Source: Candidatus Omnitrophota bacterium (GTDB lineage: Bacteria; Omnitrophota; Gorgyraeia; Tantalellales; Tantalellaceae). From it: DNA of 64,000 nt. Below are positions 30,815-41,593 of this stretch, one piece after another; the first letter of the stretch is position 1, and each line of letters opens with the position of its first letter. The notes under the pieces were generated by a model that worked only from the letters and a program-made list of their open reading frames with translations, was not told the origin of the DNA and did not search any database. The position numbers were made by a program, and so were the translations under genes. The stretch covers positions 19,063 to 83,062 of the forward strand of contig JAJRVD010000027.1 in NCBI GenBank assembly GCA_024277375.1, in the 5' to 3' direction.

Positions 30815-32194
30815 ATGCGTGAGGAATTTTATATGACAAATCCACAAGACAAAAAGATCATCACACAGAAAGAGCGTTTGACCCTGCTCAGGTCTCTTTT
30901 AGAGGAAGCGCGGAGTGAACGTTTTTTGGCGTTCCTGAAAGAAACCAAGCCTGAAGATGTCGCTGAACTTTTAGGAGAGTTTTCCTCTGACGAGAAGCTC
31001 ACTATATTTAATTCTCTCTCAGACGAGAATGCCGCGGTTGTTCTTGATGATACCGATCCGCAGACTCGTTTGCAATTATTGCAGAGAGTTAATAACGACA
31101 AGCTGGCTAAAGTGCTTGATGAGATGCCTGTTGATGAAGCCGCTGACGTCATAGAGGAAGTTCCGAAAAAAGAAAGAGAAGACCTGCTTGACCTTATGGA
31201 AGAAAAAGACGCCGAAGAGGTCGAGGAGATATTAAGTTATCCGGAGGACTCCGCCGCGCGCGTCATGAACCCGGAGTTTATTTCAGTAAAAGGTGACGCT
31301 GATGTGGAAGACTCCATCCAAAATATCAGAGGTCAGGAGCTGGATGAAGACGTTTTTTATATTTACGTTATCGGGGAAAAAGATAAGTTTTTGGGTGTTG
31401 TACCGATAAGAAAGCTCTTGACGTCCAAGGCGGGGACGTTGGTGAAGGATATAATGGAAGAAGATGTTCAATCTGTTCTGGTTGATACTGACCAGGAAGA
31501 GGCCGCTTTGATCATGAAAAAGTATGACATTTTTTCTTTGCCGGTCGTAGATGATAAAGGGTGCCTGGTGGGGCGTATCACGGCAGACGACATTATTGAC
31601 GTTATGGATGAAGAGCGAGGGGAAGATATAAGCCGCATGACAGGAACCATAGAGGAAGAGCAGGGTACGGAGACGGCTTTTGCCGCGACACAGAACAGGC
31701 TTCCCTGGCTTATTGTCTGTATGCTGGGTAGCATTGTCACGGGTTTGGTTATTCAAATGTTTGAAGTTACGCTTGCCGAGACCATCGCGTTGGTTTCTTT
31801 TATTCCGGTGATCACGGCGACCGGCGGCAATTCCGGGGTTCAGGCGTCAACTGTTGTAGTTCGGGAAATAGCTCTGGGGCAGATGAAGTATTCTAAGGTT
31901 GGGGGCGAACTTTGGAGGCAACTGAAAGTAGCGTTAAGTCTGGGGCTTGTGTGCGGAACTTCCTTAACGATCTTAGCGAATTTCTGGAAAAAGAACAGCC
32001 TGGTGGGAATGGTAGCGGGACTTTCTATTTTTCTGGTTGTGATATGGTCGAATTTTGTAGGCGTATTGATCCCTGTCATATTCAAAAGAATACGTATAGA
32101 CCCGGCGATAGCCTCAGGGCCCCTCATTACCACTCTGAACGACGTTATTGGTGTATTCATATATTTGAGTGTTGCCGCTTTTATTCTGGCATAA
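30815..32194 (+). CDS. mgtE: Magnesium transporter
   Basis: Acidic N-domain, CBS pair, RLPWL, GGNSGVQ, IDPAIASGPLITT..D. Confidence 0.95.
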   Translation: MREEFYMTNPQDKKIITQKERLTLLRSLLEEARSERFLAFLKETKPEDVAELLGEFSSDEKLTIFNSLSDENAAVVLDDTDPQTRLQLLQRVNNDKLAKVLDEMPVDEAADVIEEVPKKEREDLLDLMEEKDAEEVEEILSYPEDSAARVMNPEFISVKGDADVEDSIQNIRGQELDEDVFYIYVIGEKDKFLGVVPIRKLLTSKAGTLVKDIMEEDVQSVLVDTDQEEAALIMKKYDIFSLPVVDDKGCLVGRITADDIIDVMDEERGEDISRMTGTIEEEQGTETAFAATQNRLPWLIVCMLGSIVTGLVIQMFEVTLAETIALVSFIPVITATGGNSGVQASTVVVREIALGQMKYSKVGGELWRQLKVALSLGLVCGTSLTILANFWKKNSLVGMVAGLSIFLVVIWSNFVGVLIPVIFKRIRIDPAIASGPLITTLNDVIGVFIYLSVAAFILA

Positions 32195-32323
32195 TTGAGT
32201 TCGTTGCGTTTGTTGTGGAGTTTATTGAGTTGTTCGAGAATGCTAACCGGGGACAGTCCACGCACTCGCGTTGCTCGCTTGGGACAGTCCCCTAACGCAA
32301 GAAACTCTAAAAGGGAGAATGAA

Positions 32324-32515
32324 ATGGGAAAGATATTGAGCCTGTTGATCGGAGCGATCGTTGTTGTTGCCGGACTGATCCTTCTTTTCGCGTGGTGGTA
32401 CGAGCTTGTTATTGTTTTTAAGGGGATACTGCCATTGGTACTTTTGGCGGGCGGAGTTATAGCTGTTTTTGCCGGTATCGGCGAATTTAAAGATGTTTTG
32501 AAGAGTAAGAAATAA
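32324..32515 (+). CDS. Small two-TM membrane protein (63 aa)
   Basis: MGKILSLLIG... after GGGAG RBS; the upstream ORF extension reads through a repeat. Confidence 0.65.
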   Translation: MGKILSLLIGAIVVVAGLILLFAWWYELVIVFKGILPLVLLAGGVIAVFAGIGEFKDVLKSKK

Positions 32516-32522
32516 ATCATGA

Positions 32523-32609
32523 CGTAGAAGTCGTATTATCCTTCGGATAATGGGCGGCGAACAATAAATTTATTCGCGGTCCATCGCCGAAGGCGATACC
32601 GCTCCTACG
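32523..32609. repeat. REP doublet (REPIN-like) of the RAYT-associated family
   Basis: cgtag...ggcggcgaaca..ttcgcgg...accgctcctacg; similar doublet at 39762-39835; partial copies at 6607, 8002 and 20236. Confidence 0.65.
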
Positions 32610-32621
32610 GGACAGAAAAAA

Positions 32622-33173
32622 ATGAACACAACAATAATTATATTTCTTGTATTGTTTTTGCAGGGGTGCGGGGATCGCGGGGTCGATATAGAGAAAAAGG
32701 TATTAGCCTTTGATCCGTCTTTTCAAAACGCTATCAACGTGCGGAATTCGTTGGCTGAAGAGATAAGCGCTCGTCAAATAAGTTATAACGAAAAAGAAGC
32801 TGATTTTGTAGAGAGGATAAATGTTCTTAATGCCAAAAAAGAAACGGCAAAAAGAGAGTATTTTGCCTCGGTTGAAGAGATAAAAAGACGGTTGGATCCC
32901 AGAAAAAGAAGTTTAAGGCAGGAGCTTATTGATATTGAACGACGTTACAGAAACCAGAAGACAGAATTAGAGTACATTGATCGGGATATAAAAGAGATCA
33001 GCGCGCTGATCGATAAAAAGGATCGACTGATATTAACCCCAGAGGAGATACGTTCCTGGAATGAACGGCTTGCTGTTCTGATAGACAAAAGGTCCGACAT
33101 AACTTCGAAAAAAGAAGAACTAAAGCAAGAGATAGAAATAACGAAATTAAAAATAAAGGTGCTGGAAATATAG
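32622..33173 (+). CDS. Coiled-coil lipoprotein
   Basis: Lipobox LQGC after hydrophobic stretch; heptad-rich body. Confidence 0.7.
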   Translation: MNTTIIIFLVLFLQGCGDRGVDIEKKVLAFDPSFQNAINVRNSLAEEISARQISYNEKEADFVERINVLNAKKETAKREYFASVEEIKRRLDPRKRSLRQELIDIERRYRNQKTELEYIDRDIKEISALIDKKDRLILTPEEIRSWNERLAVLIDKRSDITSKKEELKQEIEITKLKIKVLEI

Positions 33174-33216
33174 TGCAGAGGTTGCCACGTCGTCCGCTTC
33201 GCGGACTCCTCGCGGT

Positions 33217-33335
33217 CGAATTGTGTCGTAATTCGTTTTGCGGACGCTCGCATGCAATATATCGTAGGGGTTTGATCCATAGAACCCGATATAACGGGCT
33301 TGATGAACCAAGCCCCTACATTATGACACAGCTTG
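33217..33335 (+). mobile_element. 119-bp MITE copy 2 (degenerate TIRs)
   Basis: Same internal sequence as 18467; splits a ttgccacgtc..ctcctcgc|aatgac repeat. Confidence 0.75.
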
Positions 33336-33385
33336 AATGACGGGAGAGGCACTGTACGCTAAACGCTAGAAAAAAGGAAGTTTTC

Positions 33386-34945
33386 ATGAAAATTAAACGA
33401 GCATTGATCAGTGTGTCGGATAAGGCTCACTTGGAGGGTTTTGTAAAAGTGTTGGATCAGCTGGGAGTAGAGATAATTTCTACCGGTGGAACCGCAAAGA
33501 TGATCAGTTCCTTAGGTGTCTCCGTTGTGGAAGTTTCTGATTATACAGGGCTCCCTGAAATGATGGATGGAAGGGTAAAAACACTCCATCCGAAAATACA
33601 CGCCGGACTTTTAGCTGTTCGTGATAATGATGAACATATGAGCCAAATGAAAGAGCAGTCCATCCCGACAATAGATATGGTAGTGGTTAATCTTTATCCG
33701 TTCGAAGAGACTGTCGCGCGTCCAGGGGTGACAATGGAAGACGCGATCGAAAATATTGATATCGGAGGACCTAGTATGCTTCGCAGCGCGGCAAAAAATT
33801 TCAGATCGGTCGCTGTTCTAAGCTCGCCGGAGCAGTATGGAAGTATTATTGATGAGTTGGAGGCTACCGGCGGCGAAATCTCAGAGGCCACTATGAAAGG
33901 TCTTGCGGAGAGCGTATTCGCGAGGACAGCTCAGTATGACGGTGCTATAGCCAATTACCTCTCCGGTGCCTCCGCGGCCTCAGAGGATGAGGATGATCTT
34001 CCGGATGAGATAAGCATAAAATTAAATAAAGTGCGGTCTCTCAGGTATGGTGAGAACCCGCATCAGAAAGCGGCTTTTTACGCGGAAGCCGCGTCTAAGA
34101 ATTCGTGGATAACCGAAGCTGAACAGTTGCAGGGTAAGGAACTTTCGTTCAATAATATAATAGACCTTTCATCCGCGTATGAGATGGTAAAGGTTTTTGA
34201 GCAGCCTGCCGTAAGTATCGTCAAACATAATAATCCTTGCGGCGCGGCAACAGCTGAAACGTTGGAACAAGCCTACTTAGGCGCGCTTGATTGTGACCGC
34301 CTAAGCGCGTTCGGCGGTATCATGGGGTTTAATCGGGCCATAGGCGGGCAGATGGCCGAAGTTATATTAGAAGAGGCTGATTTTGTGGAATGCGTGATCG
34401 CACCGGACTTTGACGCGGAGTCTTTAAAAGCGTTCAGTGTTAAGAAGAACCTCAGGGTATTGAAAGTTCCGATCTCGGATGTATCGACCGAAAAAGATAT
34501 CAAAAAAGTCCCGGGCGGTGCTTTGGTCCAGGATGCCGATGCCGGGGTGATATCTGAAAGTGACATTAAAGTTGTTACGAAAAATAAACCTTCGACGGAA
34601 TTGTTGGACGCGATGATGTTCGCGTGGAAGATCGTAAAATTCGTTAAAAGTAACGCCATAGTGTTAGCTAACGGGACTAAAACCGTTGGTATAGGCGCGG
34701 GGCAAATGTCACGAGTGGACTCGGTGATAATCTCTATACGCAAAGCCGCCGACAGAACAAAAGGTGCCGTTCTTGCCAGTGACGCTTTTTTCCCGAAAGC
34801 GGATTCTATTGAAGAAGCGCACAAAGCGGGTGTAGCCGCTATCATCCAGCCGGGTGGCTCTATACGAGATGAAGAGGTTATCGCCGCTTGCGATAAGTTC
34901 GGGATCCCGATGGTTTTGACAGGTATGAGACATTTTAGACACTGA
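33386..34945 (+). CDS. purH: AICAR transformylase/IMP cyclohydrolase
   Basis: RALISVSDK, GRVKTLHP, RYGENPHQ, ASDAFFP, MRHFRH. Confidence 0.98.
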   Translation: MKIKRALISVSDKAHLEGFVKVLDQLGVEIISTGGTAKMISSLGVSVVEVSDYTGLPEMMDGRVKTLHPKIHAGLLAVRDNDEHMSQMKEQSIPTIDMVVVNLYPFEETVARPGVTMEDAIENIDIGGPSMLRSAAKNFRSVAVLSSPEQYGSIIDELEATGGEISEATMKGLAESVFARTAQYDGAIANYLSGASAASEDEDDLPDEISIKLNKVRSLRYGENPHQKAAFYAEAASKNSWITEAEQLQGKELSFNNIIDLSSAYEMVKVFEQPAVSIVKHNNPCGAATAETLEQAYLGALDCDRLSAFGGIMGFNRAIGGQMAEVILEEADFVECVIAPDFDAESLKAFSVKKNLRVLKVPISDVSTEKDIKKVPGGALVQDADAGVISESDIKVVTKNKPSTELLDAMMFAWKIVKFVKSNAIVLANGTKTVGIGAGQMSRVDSVIISIRKAADRTKGAVLASDAFFPKADSIEEAHKAGVAAIIQPGGSIRDEEVIAACDKFGIPMVLTGMRHFRH

Positions 34946-34949
34946 TCCC

Positions 34950-36290
34950 ATGGAAGCTCACACCGATACTATTACCTATCTCAATTCTTTGATCAATTAT
35001 GAGAAGAGCGGGTTTGGCCCGGATTGTAAACATTTTGATCTGGATAAATTGCGCGTGGTTCTTGAAAAATCAGGGAATCCCCATCATGATTACAGGTGTG
35101 TGCATGTTGCCGGGACAAAAGGCAAGGGGTCCATATGTGAATTTGCCTCAGGTATTTTGCAAGCATCTGGCTATAGGGTGGGTCTATTTACTTCACCTCA
35201 TCTTAGTTCTCCGAACGAAAGAATAAAGATAAACGGAAATATGATACGCGATGATGACATTGCCGGCGTGGTCAGTTGTCTGAGGGAACATCTGGGGCAC
35301 GCGGAAGGTGAGTTCACTTTTTTCGAGGTATATACGCTGCTTGCCTTGTTATATTTCAGCAAAGAAAAAGTAGATCATGCTATTTTTGAAGTGGGTCTTG
35401 GGGGACGGTTAGACGCTACCAATGTGATATTTCCGGACGTGTGCGCCATTAGTCCTGTAAGTTACGATCATATGGAAGTTTTGGGCTCTAAGATCGATGA
35501 GATAGCTATTGAGAAAGCGGCGATAATAAAAAAAGGCACACATTGTGTAAGTGCCGAGCAGATCCCATCGGTTTTGAATGTTATAGATAAAAGATGCCGG
35601 GAGGTCGGGGCATCTTTGTCTGTTGTCGGCAAGGATATAACGTATAAGCCTACCAGTTTATCCGAGGTCGGAAGCTGTTTTGACGTAATAAGCAGGGACA
35701 CGGCGCGCCGTGCCCCTGCCATAAAAAGATACGAGGGATGCAAGGCGAATATGCCCGGTGAGTTCCAAGTTTCTAATGCCGCCACGGCTGTAGGTATATG
35801 TGAAAAACTTCTCGGCGCAGAAAAAACGGATATGGAGGCGTTTAAGCGCGGTATCCAGAACGCGTTTCTCCCCGGGAGATTGGAGACCTTGTGTCGGTGT
35901 CCTGCAATTGTTATTGATGGCGCCCAAAATGGTGCCAGCGCGGAACATCTGAAATATTCTGTTGAACAAATCTTCAAATATGATAAATTAATACTCCTCC
36001 TGGGGATCTCGGACGATAAATACGTAAAAAGTGTATGTCGCGAGCTTGTGCCTATAGCGGATGAAATAATACTTACTCGTTAGTCTAGCAGTCGAGCTAC
36101 GGATCCACACTTGATAAGAGGCCATATAAGAGGTAAGCGAGTTAATGTAACTAAAAACACGATCGAAGCTCTGGGGTTGGCGCTTAAGACCGCCGGAGAA
36201 AATGATATGATCCTGGCGACGGGGTCGTTTTTTTTGATTGGAGAAGTTAGGGGATTAGTATTAGCACAACAAATTCAAACGACACAATAG
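34950..36290 (+). CDS. folC: Folylpolyglutamate/dihydrofolate synthase, interrupted by in-frame TAG at 36081; natural end probably 36263
   Basis: HVAGTKGKGS, TSPHL, EVGLGGRLDATN, PGRLE, DGAQN; C-terminal ILATGSFFLIGEV lies in frame after the TAG. Confidence 0.88.
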
Positions 36291-37657
36291 CGGCGATATC
36301 TACACCTCTCGGAGAGGGGGGTATCGGGGTAATACGTCTAAGCGGAAAAGACTCTCTCGAGATCGCGGATAAGATCTTCTCTTCGCCCAAGGATAAGGGT
36401 TTATCTTCTTCAGAGAGTCATACGGTGCGTTATGGACATATTAAATCCCCTTCAAGCGGTGAGATCGTGGACGAGGTTCTCCTTACCGTTCTTCGCGCTC
36501 CAAGAACTTACACCGCTGAAGATGTCATCGAAATAAGCTGTCATGGCGGCACCATGTCCCTGAAGAAGGTACTTGAGCTGTGTCTTACCGAAGGTGCGCG
36601 TCTGGCGGAACCCGGCGAATTTACCAAACGCGCTTTTTTAAGCGGCAGGATCGATCTGTCTCAGGCGGAAGCGGTATTGGATATTATCAAGTCTGAAACA
36701 GATACTTCTCGCAAGGTTTCTGTCGATCAGCTTCGCGGTGTTTTTTCTGAGGAGATCCGCGCTTTACGTGCGGCTATCGTGGAAACCCTCGCTCTTATTG
36801 AGCTGACGATCGACTTTTCTCAGGAGGACGTGGATTTTCCTGAACCTGAAGAGACGATCGAAAAAATAAATGATATAAATCAGTCGCTTCAAAAGGTTCT
36901 CGGGACTTATGACAAGGGGATGATCCTGCGTCAGGGGGCTAGTGTTGTTATCTGCGGAAGACCAAATGTAGGCAAATCGAGCCTTATGAACGCTTTGTTA
37001 AAACATGACAGGGTAATAGTAACTCCTGTCGCCGGGACGACCAGAGATGTGATAGAGGAGTCCATAGACCTGTCGGGAGTTAAAGTAAGGTTATCTGATA
37101 CGGCAGGCATAATAGAAACTCGCGACAGAGTCGAAGTCGAGGGCATAAAGCGATCAAAGGAAAAATTAGAAGCTGCGGATATTGTTATCTTTATGTTGGA
37201 CTATAGCCGTGTTTTTTCTGAAAAAGACGCGGCCATATTCAATACTATCAAGGACAAAAAGGTTGTCGTGGTTGTGAATAAGACAGATCTTTCCGGAAAA
37301 CTCAGGATCAAAGAAGTTAAAGAAATGTTGGGTGTCAAAAATACCGTGGAACTGTCGGTTCTGAAAAATAAAGGTATTGAAGAACTGGAAGACGCCATAG
37401 CGGAAAAACTTTTTGAAGGCAAAAGCGGTATTCCGGAAGGTCCCATAGTTACGAATATGCGGCATAAAACGCTTTTGGAGAAAGCTGTCAGGAGTATGGA
37501 CAGATGTATTAAAGAAGCGATAGATAAAGAGTTTAAAAGTGAACTGGTTGCCAGCGACCTTAATGACGTGGTTTATCATCTTGGCCTTATCATAGGTGAA
37601 TCCGTCAGTGACGACGTGCTGGACAAGATATTCTCACAGTTCTGTGTGGGCAAATGA
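36260..37657 (+). CDS. mnmE: tRNA modification GTPase MnmE; start codon reads ATT
   Basis: Conserved N-terminus [23 protein letters not shown] is in frame upstream of the tracked start 36425; [17 protein letters not shown]. Confidence 0.93.
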   Translation: MSTTNSNDTIAAISTPLGEGGIGVIRLSGKDSLEIADKIFSSPKDKGLSSSESHTVRYGHIKSPSSGEIVDEVLLTVLRAPRTYTAEDVIEISCHGGTMSLKKVLELCLTEGARLAEPGEFTKRAFLSGRIDLSQAEAVLDIIKSETDTSRKVSVDQLRGVFSEEIRALRAAIVETLALIELTIDFSQEDVDFPEPEETIEKINDINQSLQKVLGTYDKGMILRQGASVVICGRPNVGKSSLMNALLKHDRVIVTPVAGTTRDVIEESIDLSGVKVRLSDTAGIIETRDRVEVEGIKRSKEKLEAADIVIFMLDYSRVFSEKDAAIFNTIKDKKVVVVVNKTDLSGKLRIKEVKEMLGVKNTVELSVLKNKGIEELEDAIAEKLFEGKSGIPEGPIVTNMRHKTLLEKAVRSMDRCIKEAIDKEFKSELVASDLNDVVYHLGLIIGESVSDDVLDKIFSQFCVGK

Positions 37658-38244
37658 CGCATAAAGGAGTGATCATGGATAAAGAAAAAATAAAAAAGGC
37701 AATAAGAGACATCTTAGAAGCGGTAGGTGACGATCCGGAAAGAGAGGGCCTTAAAAATACCCCTGAGAGGGTCGCGAATATGTATGAAGAGATCCTGGGC
37801 GGTATGCATCGTTCGGTCGATGATGACCTTAAGGTGTTTTTTGAGCAGGAGCATGACGAGATCATTCTTCTTAAAGACATACCTCTATACTCTCTATGTG
37901 AGCATCATATGGTTCCGTTTATGGGTAAAGCCCATGTGGCATACATACCTGACGCGAACAGAATAACGGGACTTAGTAAAATCGCGAGGGTTGTTGATAC
38001 TCTCTCCAGGAGGCTTCAAGTGCAGGAACGGCTCACGACGGAAATAGCCGGTGTGCTGATGAGAAAGCTTAAACCGAAAGGTGTACTTGTGGTGATAGAG
38101 GCGGAACATCTTTGTATGAGCATGAGAGGTGTAAAAAAACCCGGAGTTCTCACTACCACAAGTGCCGTTAAGGGAATATTTCGTACAAGTCAGAAAACGC
38201 GAATGGAAGCGTTATCCTTAATAGGTCAGCCGAGAAGGTGGTAA
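37654..38244 (+). CDS. folE: GTP cyclohydrolase I
   Basis: [38 protein letters not shown]. Confidence 0.97.
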   Translation: MTHKGVIMDKEKIKKAIRDILEAVGDDPEREGLKNTPERVANMYEEILGGMHRSVDDDLKVFFEQEHDEIILLKDIPLYSLCEHHMVPFMGKAHVAYIPDANRITGLSKIARVVDTLSRRLQVQERLTTEIAGVLMRKLKPKGVLVVIEAEHLCMSMRGVKKPGVLTTTSAVKGIFRTSQKTRMEALSLIGQPRRW

Positions 38245-38266
38245 TTGATGGATTTTGAAAGACAGT

Positions 38267-38295
38267 TTGCCTTTTGGGCGTTATTATAATATAAT
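38267..38295 (+). promoter_or_regulatory. Sigma70-like promoter
   Basis: TTGCCT-17 bp-TATAAT. Confidence 0.5.
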
Positions 38296-38347
38296 TACAG
38301 CGTATAACCTGACCCACATGTCATTAAAACGTGGAAATTCGTAAAAT

Positions 38348-38809
38348 ATGGAAACACACGGTATTTTTTACCAATTCTTTCATAACCCGGTTGTCGGGGC
38401 TACCTTTTTGGGTTGGTTCATAGCCCAGACTGTTAAGGTGGTCGTTGGTGTTGTGAAGGAGAGGCGATTTAACTTTAAATGGTTCGTGGGCACCGGAGGT
38501 ATGCCGAGTTCACACGCGGCCGGGGTGACGGCTATGGCCACCAGCGTGGGGTTGTATGAAGGTACGGGGACGGCGATCTTTGGTGTAACACTTATGTTTA
38601 CGGTTGTAGTTATCTGTGATGCCCAGGGGGTCAGGCGAGCGACCGGACAACAGGCCGAGATATTGAATAGGATCATGGAAGATATCTACTGGAAGAAGAA
38701 GATCCAGGAGAATCGTCTTAAGGAGCTTATCGGGCATACTCCGATACAGGTAATAGCGGGCATTTTTCTCGGGCTTTTTGTGGGTTTTGTGTTGTATTGG
38801 ATGGGGTAA
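38348..38809 (+). CDS. Divergent PAP2 family (DUF212) membrane protein
   Basis: AQTVK, GGMPSSH, DAQGVRR, LKELIGHTP. Confidence 0.9.
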   Translation: METHGIFYQFFHNPVVGATFLGWFIAQTVKVVVGVVKERRFNFKWFVGTGGMPSSHAAGVTAMATSVGLYEGTGTAIFGVTLMFTVVVICDAQGVRRATGQQAEILNRIMEDIYWKKKIQENRLKELIGHTPIQVIAGIFLGLFVGFVLYWMG

Positions 38810-39747
38810 AAGGAGATATGATTAATCGTAGACTTTTATTGATTCTTATAACCATTATCGCGGTTTTGGCGACCGGATGGTCTTTTGTAGCGCTGAATGG
38901 GGAACGAAGTAAGGTCCCTATAGAGCGTCTGGATAAAGCGGAGCTTGTGTATTCCAGAGCTGAGAGTTTCCTGAAAGGTGCCGATCAGGAGAAAGCGATA
39001 AACGCTTTTATAACGACTGTTAACCAGTACTCGGGCTCTAAATACGCCGAAAAAGCTCTAAGGAAACTGGCATCCATTAGTGTCGGTGACGACGACTACA
39101 AAAAGGCTAATTACTATTACAAACGTCTTTTAAAAGCTTTTCCGGAGATAAAAGATGGAGATCAGATACGTTCCTCTATCGACGAACTTAATGTTAAAAT
39201 GATACAGTCGGCTCTTGTGACTGAAGACAGTATAGAATATGTGGTCCAATCGGGAGATACACTTTTTGTTATAGCAAAAAGATTCAATACGACCGTTGAG
39301 TTGATCAAAAAAACTAATAATCTCAGCAATGATATCATAAGGCTTGGTCAAAAACTAAAGATAATTATTTCTAAATTCTCTATTTTTGTCGATAAATCCG
39401 ACAATATGCTTATACTTAAAAAAGACGGAGAACCGTTTAAGACGTATATGGTGTCCACCGGAAGAAACAACTCAACTCCGGTGGGAGTGTTCACTGTTAC
39501 TGACAAGATGATAAAACCTCCATGGACAAAGCCGGGAGTCGGGATAATTACGGCTGATAGCGACGAATACGAGCTGGGAGAACGATGGATAGCTATATCC
39601 GCTCAGGGGTATGGAATACATGGAACCAATGACGAGAATTCAATAGGTGGACAGGTTACAGCCGGATGTGTGCGAATGCATAATGACGAGGTTATAGAGC
39701 TTTATGATATAATCCCCAGGGGCACAGAGGTAGAAATAATTGATTAA
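38797..39747 (+). CDS. Membrane-anchored TPR-LysM-L,D-transpeptidase (YkuD)
   Basis: N-terminal TM, TPR-like helices, LysM YVVQSGDTL, GIHGT..GCVRM. Confidence 0.9.
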   Translation: MDGVKGDMINRRLLLILITIIAVLATGWSFVALNGERSKVPIERLDKAELVYSRAESFLKGADQEKAINAFITTVNQYSGSKYAEKALRKLASISVGDDDYKKANYYYKRLLKAFPEIKDGDQIRSSIDELNVKMIQSALVTEDSIEYVVQSGDTLFVIAKRFNTTVELIKKTNNLSNDIIRLGQKLKIIISKFSIFVDKSDNMLILKKDGEPFKTYMVSTGRNNSTPVGVFTVTDKMIKPPWTKPGVGIITADSDEYELGERWIAISAQGYGIHGTNDENSIGGQVTAGCVRMHNDEVIELYDIIPRGTEVEIID

Positions 39748-39852
39748 GAGGTGCAAATTAACGTAGGAGCCGCCTCTGGCGGCGAATTGTAAATAATGTT
39801 CGCGGAATATCACCGAAGGTGATACCGCTCCCACGAAATATGGAGAGTTGAA

Positions 39853-40809
39853 ATGGCGATAGTTCTGGATTTTGAAAAACCTATAATTGAGCTGGAAGAC
39901 AAGATAGAAGAGCTTAAAAAATTTACCAGCAAAGAAGATATAGATCTTTCCGCTGAGATAGTAAGCCTTACCAGGAGATTGGAACGGCTCAAAAAAGAGA
40001 TCTTTGAGAATCTGACTTCGTGGCAAAGGGTTTTACTGTCACGTCACCCGGAACGTCCGTATACACTTGATTATATAGGTCTGATCATGGATGAGTTCGT
40101 TGAAATACATGGAGACCGACATTTTTCCGATGATAAAGCTCTCATCGCTGGATTAGCTGAGATGGATGGGCAGAAGTTGATGGTGATGGGGCATCAGAAA
40201 GGGCGTGAGACAACCGAGAATCTGGAAAGGAATTTCGGGTGCGCGCATCCTGAAGGATACCGTAAAGCGATGCGGCTTATGCGTTTGGCGGAGAAATTTG
40301 AGATCCCGATAGTTACTTTCATAGATACGCCGGGGGCTTACCCGGGGGTGGGGGCTGAAGAACGTGGGCAAGCTGAGGCCATAGCTTATAATTTGAGAGA
40401 AATGGCGGGATTAAAAGTTCCGGTTGTTGTGGTGGTAATAGGTGAAGGCGGTTCCGGTGGAGCTCTTGGTATAGGTGTAGGCGATAAAATATTTGTTTTG
40501 GAAAACGCGTATTATTCGGTCATATCTCCGGAAGGATGCGCGGCTATTTTGTGGAGAGAGCGTTCGAAAGCGCCGGCGGCCGCTAAAGCACTCAGGCTAA
40601 CGGCACCGGAACTCCTTGAACTCGGAATAATCGATGGCATGATCAAGGAATCTCTGGGCGGTGCTCATAGGAACTCGGCAAAAACGGCAGCTCGCATAAA
40701 ATCGGCGATAAAAAAGAGTTTGCAGGAGCTATCTGTGCTTTCTCCCGACGAATTAGTGCAGCAGCGGTATGAAAAATACAGAGAAATGGGTGAGTATAGA
40801 GAGAGTTAA
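39853..40809 (+). CDS. accA: Acetyl-CoA carboxylase carboxyltransferase alpha
   Basis: [35 protein letters not shown]. Confidence 0.97.
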   Translation: MAIVLDFEKPIIELEDKIEELKKFTSKEDIDLSAEIVSLTRRLERLKKEIFENLTSWQRVLLSRHPERPYTLDYIGLIMDEFVEIHGDRHFSDDKALIAGLAEMDGQKLMVMGHQKGRETTENLERNFGCAHPEGYRKAMRLMRLAEKFEIPIVTFIDTPGAYPGVGAEERGQAEAIAYNLREMAGLKVPVVVVVIGEGGSGGALGIGVGDKIFVLENAYYSVISPEGCAAILWRERSKAPAAAKALRLTAPELLELGIIDGMIKESLGGAHRNSAKTAARIKSAIKKSLQELSVLSPDELVQQRYEKYREMGEYRES

Positions 40810-40812
40810 AAT

Positions 40813-41223
40813 ATGAAACAAAAAACAAGCATAGCAAATGATAGCAACCTTTTAAAAGAAGTCAGCAAGGACCTGATAAGCGCCTTGAAAGATAAAGAGG
40901 TCGTTGAAGAGATCATTTTTGATATTCATGTGGCTTTTGAAGAAGCCTTACGCAATGCCATGATCCATGGTAATAAGAATGATCCGGATAAAGAGGTTAG
41001 TGTGGAAATAGAACTATCGGACGATGCTGTAACTATTTGCATTGAAGACGAGGGAGAGGGCTTCGACCCGGATAAATTACCGGATCCGACGTTTGGTGAG
41101 AATTTACTCAAAGAAAGCGGACGCGGGGTATATCTCATGCGACACCTTATGGATGAAGTGGAACATGAGAATGATGGCAGAAAAGTAGTTATGAAGAAAC
41201 TTTTCGAAAAAAAACATTTGTAA
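40813..41223 (+). CDS. rsbW: Anti-sigma factor Ser kinase (RsbW/SpoIIAB-like)
   Basis: EALRNAMIHG, DEGEGFD, ESGRGVYLMRHLMDEV. Confidence 0.85.
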   Translation: MKQKTSIANDSNLLKEVSKDLISALKDKEVVEEIIFDIHVAFEEALRNAMIHGNKNDPDKEVSVEIELSDDAVTICIEDEGEGFDPDKLPDPTFGENLLKESGRGVYLMRHLMDEVEHENDGRKVVMKKLFEKKHL

Positions 41224-41240
41224 AAATAGATGGAGGCAAA

Positions 41241-41573
41241 ATGCAGATCAACCTGGAAGAAAAAAATGACATAGCCGTTTATCGTGTAACGGGTGATATC
41301 GACATCGAGTCGTCTCCGGAGGTTAAAAAATTTTTTGATAAAGTAGCGAAAGAACAAAGGAGCAAGGTTCTGGTCAACTTAAAGGAAGTGAATTATGTTG
41401 ATTCGTCCGGTCTTGCCACGCTGGTTGAGATATTCAAGAACCTTCGAACATATGGAGGGAAACTTAAACTATCGAATCTTTCCGCTAAAGTTAATGGTCT
41501 TTTTGAAATAACAAAGCTGGACAAGCTGTTTGATATTTCCGAAGAAGAGGATGACGCTTTAAGCTCGTTCTAA
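41241..41573 (+). CDS. rsbV: STAS anti-sigma antagonist (RsbV/SpoIIAA-like)
   Basis: GDID, YVDSSGLATL phospho-Ser motif, FEITKLD. Confidence 0.85.
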   Translation: MQINLEEKNDIAVYRVTGDIDIESSPEVKKFFDKVAKEQRSKVLVNLKEVNYVDSSGLATLVEIFKNLRTYGGKLKLSNLSAKVNGLFEITKLDKLFDISEEEDDALSSF

Positions 41574-41593
41574 ATCAGTGTAGGATTAAAAAC

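Noticed and set aside
30660-30815. Mg2+ (M-box) riboswitch before mgtE
   Set aside because: Leader is short and occupied by a GGGACAGTCC repeat; no recognisable riboswitch core.
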